DNA of 60,387 nt, the filler included, from Basidiobolus ranarum (taxonomy: Eukaryota): the NCBI GenBank assembly GCA_040143965.1. It is 3 parts of 3 records of this genome, joined end to end, with 100 filler letters (N's around TTAATTAATTAA, not from the genome) between each part and the next. Parts side by side here need not be neighbours in the genome. Positions count along the whole stretch, not along the records: positions 40,347 to 60,387 come from JASJQH010007112.1; 2 more parts are not named here. One strand, written 5' to 3'. Below, piece by piece: positions 53,492-60,387 of this stretch. The number at the start of each line of letters is the position of its first letter. The first letter of the stretch is position 1. The notes under the pieces were generated by a model. It worked only from the letters and a program-made list of their open reading frames with translations, did not search any database and was not told the DNA's origin. The translations under genes were made by a program, and so were the position numbers.

Positions 53492-55261
53492 GTCTAACAC
53501 TGAAACTGAGTCAACAAGAGGAAAACGGGACAAGTACGTAGAATCGTTTTGTAATCACCTGCAGTAACGGTGCACTATTTAAATATGAAATCGATGACCC
53601 ATGGTGGGAACGTTGAACACTAATTAGTGATGATGTGAGTCAACATCGGATAAATTGACAAGCTAGGAAAGATACCACTATTATTATCATTAACCACTTT
53701 TTATCATTTAACCACTCTGGTCTACTTTCCTTTTCGCTAAAACTAAAACTCCGTCTATTTGTAGATGTCTGTGTCACGTAGCTTCTTTCGAGCTATTTGA
53801 AAGTGGGAATTGAATTTAGAGTCTTCCTTCATACTGTTACTAATCACCACTTTAGGAAATTATATAATGTGTTGATGGGGAAGTGGGAAATGATGCAATT
53901 CGATGGACAAATAACAATAGCTGGATAAATATTCCTAATGAGGGTGTATTACCTATTCCTCTCTGTCAGCAATCCTCGGAGCAAATAAGAACCCGTGCAA
54001 CATTTTTGTCGCCACTGAATGATGGTCTTCGGTAGTACGAAGAAAATTGAGTTTTTTTAAGATTGGTGCTACTACATCCATCGAGATATCTTAATTATCA
54101 GATTGTTTACAATAGGAGCTTTTAACCAACTTTCGTAAATTTGATCAGCCTTAACACTGACTTTAGACAATTGTAAAACCTTTTAGATTGGAGCGCAGTT
54201 CGCGAAATTTGCCATCCCCAAAAGTGAATAGATCAGGTAAAAACTTTAATTCAAGTAAAAGTGCTTGAGGCTGACACCATTTTGTAGATCAAAGGATCTT
54301 CTGTGCCTCAAGTCTCAAACCCTAACCCTAGCTTATAGCATGACCGAGGTACCTTTTCCTAAAGTAGACAAAATTCTTCTCTAACTGCAAAAAGGTTTTC
54401 ATATTAATACCAAGAGACACATTGACCGATCCTGAGCCCCTTTAGTTACATTACATAACATTAATTGGTTTCTTCAGTACCTCACATTTGACATGAAATG
54501 ATCACACACTTTGCTTTTGTCCCTATTTGGAGATATTTGAGACAGCAAAGAGGGGCTGAAGAGAGGGGAGTTTGTTGTTATTATTGCTCTTGAAGATGGG
54601 AAAGTGGTGCAACGATCTGGGAAGGTGATCCGTCAATGTGACACATAGATTAGTAGCGAATCGACCAGGATAATTTGACAAACCGTGGAATGATTCATGT
54701 GGAAAGTGACCACTGACGGTTAGGTGATATTGACATCAGTGTCTGATCAAAGTACGCATGCAATACGTCCACAAATCCTGGCTCTAATTTTCAGTAGTTT
54801 CATGATTCAACGGGGGATTATCTGAGGTACAATAGCCCATACGAGATGGTCCATACGATATAGCCCATTCCTGTAGGTTGTTTCACTAATAGTCGAATAG
54901 AGTCCTAGAATTAACGGGAAAAAGTTTTGGAGTTACCGGCAACAAAGACTTGAAAGCTAAAACAGGGTTTATTTAATGTATATCGGTGAAGTTGTTTGAT
55001 ATTTTCAGTAAAAAGGCCGCAGCAAGGAAGAGAAATATAATACATACAGTTTTTGCCATCGAAAATGATACATAGAATGTGATATGCACACAGAACGCAA
55101 ATATATAGTGCCTCGAGATCAAAAATCATCCCCTTTGAATCATAAACCAGGAATGTTCAGTTGAAAAGATAAAAAATCTTGTGAAATCCTATAATCATCT
55201 ATATATATGGTGCATGTACATGTGCGGAAATACAGAAGCTTTTTTGGTGTTTGGGATGTTT

Positions 55262-56363
55262 TTACAAGCCAAACCTGCTGGCTGCTGGTGAAACTTGATC
55301 GAATTCTTGAGAGACTGGTTCCAGAAGTCCTGGAAAATAACAGGCTGAGAGATTGGACATGTCACATATTTGACTATGAGGCACTGAGGTTCTGAATGAA
55401 TCGTAAACTTTACTAGCTCCAATAGGCTGTGCAAACGAAGAGGTGGGCACTCCGAAAGTGGCACCTGTTTTATGATGATCGGATATCGAGTACCCAGGGG
55501 GAATAGTGTAGTCATTTGGATGGAAAGGCGCAGAAAGGTAAGTTCCATATGCAGCAGAGCTTGTGTTAGTTTCCATGTTCCCGGGCTCCAAGGGGGAAAA
55601 TATGGCAGGTGAAGAGGAAAGGCGTTGTTCATAATAGTTCATGTGAGGTTGTGTGATGGATGGGGGAGGTAGGCATCCAGGGAAATTTGGTGTAGGGATT
55701 CCGCTTCTTGGGGTTCCTACATTGGAAAAGTTCCATCTCGTCATTTGTGCCAAATCAGAATGATATACTGGTGTTGATGAATATGGAGAAAACTGCCTCT
55801 CACGTCCCATCAACGTGGATTTTGTCTCTTTAACACCAAAATTGATGGTCCAATAAGAACCTTTGCCTGGTTCGTTAATTGCACGAGGGACACGAAGGAA
55901 CATTTTGTTCAAAGATAGGTTATGCCGAATGGAATTCTAGCGAGGGAAATTTAAAATAAGTTAGCGAATTATTTGAGGTTCCCCACAGCACACAGTTGAT
56001 GCTTACCTTCCAGCCAGGAGCGGCAGTCCTGTAATAAGGGTACCTGTCTATAATCCACATATATATTTCATTTAAAGTGAGAGCTTGGGACTTGCTTGTA
56101 AGAATGGCTTGGGCTATCAACTTGGCGTATGGATAAGGTGGCTTTTCTGAGTTGTTGCGGTGGCCAGTATCTTTGGTGGAATCTTCATTTAGATCACAAG
56201 CTTGGGCGGCTTGGGGGCTGAGCGTTCGCTTGTTGCAGCAAGGAGAGGATGTAAGAGATTGTGGTGGTGAGATAGGTTGATGTTCTGAGTAGCCTAAGTT
56301 CAGAGAGTATATTTGAAGATTTCTAGGCTCAGAACAATTTGGCGCGGGGTGTAAATTCATCAT
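55262..56363 (-). CDS. Forkhead-box transcription factor, paralog 2 (intron 55937-56006)
   Basis: [10 protein letters not shown]...[18 protein letters not shown]...[21 protein letters not shown]...PGKGSYW. Confidence 0.93.
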
Positions 56364-56869
56364 GGTAGTTCTAGGTGGCAATCACGATTGGATTATCCTT
56401 GATACACAAAGTGAAGGTTATTGAGGGTTTTTATAAATATGAACGATGGAGTGTAAAATGGAGGCTGCAATCAGACTTATATAGGACAAATGAGTGTTTC
56501 AATGCTGAGAATTTGTAGAGAATTCTGTTGCTAACATTTGCTGACTCGATGCACAGTCCTGGGTATGAGCGAACTTTCGAAATATGGCTAGCTAATGATA
56601 CCAGGTTTCAAAGCAAACACTTCTTTGACTGGCTGTGAGGTAGGCTAGCTTGGGGTATTTTGATATTGGATCCAGGTGTTGCTAGAATAAATAGATAATT
56701 TTCAAATGACTGAATTCAATATCAGGTAGATCAAGGGTATGAGGTGAGAAGTGATAGATGAGAGGTGAGAGGGTGCATTCTCGGCTATATCCAAAAATTT
56801 ATGCATGCTCGTCATTGGCTTACTATTCTAAGGAATGAATAGAGCTGATTGGCTTTTGTAACTCCCCTT

Positions 56870-57960
56870 TCATTACTTATTCTTCACCATTGAAAGAGGA
56901 GTGTGAATGGCATTCAGAGCAAATAGTATCCAGAGTACGTGGTGTGAAGGTGCCAATCTCCATAAAATCAAGGGGTTTCTAAATAACAGTGGAACGTTAT
57001 CGCCCGTCGGTTATAAGGAATATTCACCCAAATGAGGATAATGTTTAGCGCACCGCTTATCTAAATGACTTCATATATGTTACCATATACAGATGTGTAA
57101 TTAGGAAATGCCGTTTCTCGGTATTCATACAGCCCAATGATCGAAGAAGGTTGAGAAAACATTGATTCTTAGCTAATCGTATGTTGTCTACGCTATTTCT
57201 TTACTGAACCAAAGTCACTACTTGACCTAAATGCGTCGATGCCGCTATTTGGATTATATCTTCGTATTCTGCCTGCTTCTTCTTGCCTATATCCTTATAT
57301 TGAACCTACTTGGCCATATCTTGAGTAAACACATTGATCAAACACATTCACCAGACACATCTTTTTCAGCGCACCTCCCTCGTAAACAAAGCCGATTGAT
57401 TATTGCTTATTTAGGGGCATGCAATAAAGATACAATTTGAGATCACCATTGTCAGTCTATGGACGCCTTTCGACATGCTAATGGTGTTTAATAAGGATGT
57501 TTACATTTGCCTAATTATTTTCAAACAAAGTGGTGCTATGGTGTGTAACGGGATGGAATGCAAATGATCATGCAGCACCTCTTTTTCATTAAAGCAGTCC
57601 TGCGTCCAACTATATTATTCCACTTTTCATTTAACTTACTGTTCATTAGACACTTGTCCTGGGTTGCTTGATAAGACTCAATTTAATCCTTCTGCGTCCA
57701 ATAAATGTTACGTAGTGCATGAGGAAACCTGGTCAATGCTATAAGAGGAACTGGTTATTTCTAGAATTCTCATACTAGTAGCCATAGGTGTTTCAACTCA
57801 AATGCTTTGCAATTACTAAGCATAAAATAAAGTTCGAAGTCTACGCTACAAGAAACTCAACCCATACTTGGCTATATTCATACACTTGCATTTGTTATTG
57901 ATAAGAAACTGTTTATAACATGAGCTAGGTTTCAGTGCGCGGAATTAAAGCATGATGACA
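56870..57960 (+). mobile_element. Degenerate Ty3/Gypsy RT-RNase H remnant
   Basis: Motifs in order: YSSP ~56878, RTAY ~57049, MPFLG ~57108, YLDYIFVF ~57246 (cf. YLDDILIF), LLGHILS ~57306, AYLGACN ~57405, EELVI ~57745, FAITKH ~57805 (cf. TDH). Confidence 0.62.
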
Positions 57961-58849
57961 AGTTACCTCTTGCAACTACTCATGGTTAAGTCCTAGGATT
58001 CATGCAAAGAGTGGGGTGAGCTAACATACCTTCTCTCAGAAAATTCTTTGATCCATCGCGCATTGCTGGTATCGAGGCTTTACCAACCTTTATCGGACCA
58101 AGATCATCTTACCTCATCTTGGTGACTAAGTTACGTTGTCGTTGGACAAGCGTGTGCAATAGGGGTAGGTTCCAACATAATCCATTCAACGCAACGGAGT
58201 GGCAACTTACCAATTTTCTTATTTAGTTTGAAGTTTTGTTTCTCTTAGACTGACTCCTTTTAGCACATTTCCTGCCATTTTGTCAGTAATCAGAACGAAT
58301 CAAGAGTGGATTTTACATGATGATCAATTGACTATTTTTACTCCCATGAGTTGTGGTTTCATTCCCTTGAGTTTCTCTACAAATAGCAGCGATCTATATC
58401 TGCGCAAAATATACGTAAAGTGCATGTCACTTCTACATCTCCAGTAATGCCGTTTTGCGATTAGATCGTTTGGATCAGAATCGAGTACATTGGGCGAATA
58501 CATTTGGACCTGTTTGGGTTGGAATTCCCTCTTATGTTGAGTGAACATCGAAGTGCTCGATGGAGGAAGTATGCGGCTGTTTCGCAGAGTCATCACAATG
58601 TTCTTGTCTGGTTAAAATTCATCTGGATAAGTACTAATTGATAGCCTAAAGGACGTCCTGAAGTCAGCTAAGCTTACTTGTTTACATTATAAGTTTGCAC
58701 TTTTATGGGCCAACTGATATCCTAGGGTTAATTGGGTGATTCAGTATACTAGAAAAGTCATAATGTTTGAGTGTATTTACTATATGTTTCATAATTCCAT
58801 TTTCCTATAGAGTCCTAGCTTTAAATTAGGTAGAGAGTGATTTTTATAC

Positions 58850-58893
58850 TCACACCTACACTTACACCTACACCTAGATCTAAACCTAAACCT
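58850..58893 (+). repeat. Degenerate 6-bp repeat (ACACCT/AAACCT)
   Basis: CACACCTACACTTACACCTACACCTAGATCTAAACCTAAACC. Confidence 0.6.
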
Positions 58894-60387
58894 TATCAAC
58901 ACCTAGATTTTTTTCCCTTTGCCATTTGCCCATCCAATCTTTATTTGTTTGATGCGCCAATCAAAAACCCAAAATGCTTTCTACTCATATGGCACAGCAA
59001 TGCTCAATGGTCTCCACACAAATAGCAATGCAATGTGCTCAACGGTACACACTTTCATTGTCCGTGTATTGTCAACTGAATCGCACAGAGTCTGTAGAGC
59101 GGCAAAGAGGCTGCTCACACAATCCTGCAGGTGATTACAAAAGTTGGAGAATAGGGAATTTATGGTTACTGTCCTCGTAGCAGTGATTCTTCATGACCCC
59201 AATGCTTACTTAGAGGAGTTCAATGGCACTGAGTGAACCATCATAACTTGCTCTAATTAAAAACCAAATAATCCCCAAAATTGCTTAAATTGACATATGT
59301 GGACAGGAGTGGTAAATGAAGGAGTCGCAAAGGCCAACTATTTGAATTGATCCCTACTGATCATTCGGCTCTGAGGTGCATCATTCTTCTCTAGGTCCAC
59401 CTCATATCATAAAGGCGCTCCTACTTGTCGGAAAACTGGTTTGTGAATCTTTATGTTTCCTGCATGCGTCAATAGACCTCCACAGTATAAAAACTCCACA
59501 CCTATCGCCAAAAACAGCAACATCCCTGACTGATTCATTCTTTGAACTTACCCACCTTCTTTAGGACACAGATTAAGAAAACTTAATCCTCTACCCAGAT
59601 CAACTAATCTAATTGCGGTGCCTATTTTACTCCCCCTTCCTCTTTAGCTAAGCTATGACTCACTATCAGCAATATTCGTCACCAACTAAGCTTCAAGTGA
59701 AATCTAGCGGGATGATACTTCGCTCCGAGAAGCTTGGGAAAAACCGGGTTGGAGTGATAAGGGTCGCTCCAAAGGAAGCCTTAGTTGAAGAAGTAGAGGA
59801 TTGCAGTATACTAGCGGAGGATCTCTCTCGAGAGCGAATACCAGTTTCCCAAGCTAGCTGCTCATTGATCAATTATTCGGTATCTAAGCGAGATCTGTTT
59901 ATTCCGAATTCCACTATTGACAGAGCAATCAAACGTACTAGTAGGTATAATATTGAACCAACTCAAAATCCACCACCTTGCTTGTGCCAAATCATGTAGT
60001 GGTTTAACAGAATTTAGGAGCTGAGCCCCTTTCACCCTTTCACTTTGCAACTTCATTGGCATATCTTGTTAACATCTAATTTAATTTACTCTTAGTAGAC
60101 GGTTTGCTGGCAAATTATATATAATAAACTCATAACATACATTTGTTCCCTTCGGTCATGTGATCTTGGATTTGTTTTGTTTTTCAGTTGAGTTAATTTG
60201 AAAATTATCGCAGTCATATTCCTAGAGACTAGTCAAAGTTGTTTACTTTTTAAAATTTTAAATAACCATTCTATTAATATGGTAATCAGTATGTGTACGT
60301 TTAATTTGCTGTTTGGTGTTATGATTTCACCACACTGCTACTGTTTGCTTTACTTCGTTGGAATATTGTAACCTCCCTTTTTCTTAG

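Noticed and set aside
58900..59130. Minus-strand RNase H-like words (YTDNESV, WV..AH, QMAK)
   Set aside because: Requires several frameshifts and cannot be distinguished from chance without an HMM search.
59655..59999. 114-aa plus-strand ORF
   Set aside because: No recognisable domain or splice context, and it lies in a TE-like degenerate region.

Overview
This is AT-rich eukaryotic DNA with short GT-AG introns, most consistent with an early-diverging fungus (Mucoromycota/Zoopagomycota-like; taxon is inference only). It contains two 100-nt assembly gaps carrying a TTAATTAATTAA spacer. About 19 protein-coding genes can be reconstructed: mitochondrial citrate synthase, SmD3, Sec24, a Pmp3 microprotein, a Gly-rich repeat protein, Rvs167, a 100-aa basic orphan, Ima1, a Gi-type G-alpha, GDP-mannose pyrophosphorylase, a DYRK kinase, Sdh3, two paralogous forkhead factors, a short CLASP/TOG protein, mitochondrial S13, a UMP-CMP kinase with presequence and TM anchor, BLCAP/BC10, Ssp120 and a DHA1 MFS transporter. 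Gene-poor stretches (1-6 kb, 8.4-12.8 kb, 39-40.3 kb, 56.8-60 kb) hold decayed Copia and Gypsy pol remnants. One ~325-350 bp solo-LTR family has about 9 full or partial copies, is stacked or nested, and has one perfect GTATC target-site duplication. The most notable oddities are an in-frame TGA in BLCAP followed by 68 further open codons, the unannotated spliced basic orphan, the forkhead pair, a DVG in place of DFG in the DYRK, and gene fossils (ARF-like, BAR-like). No convincing novel multi-gene system is demonstrable from sequence alone.
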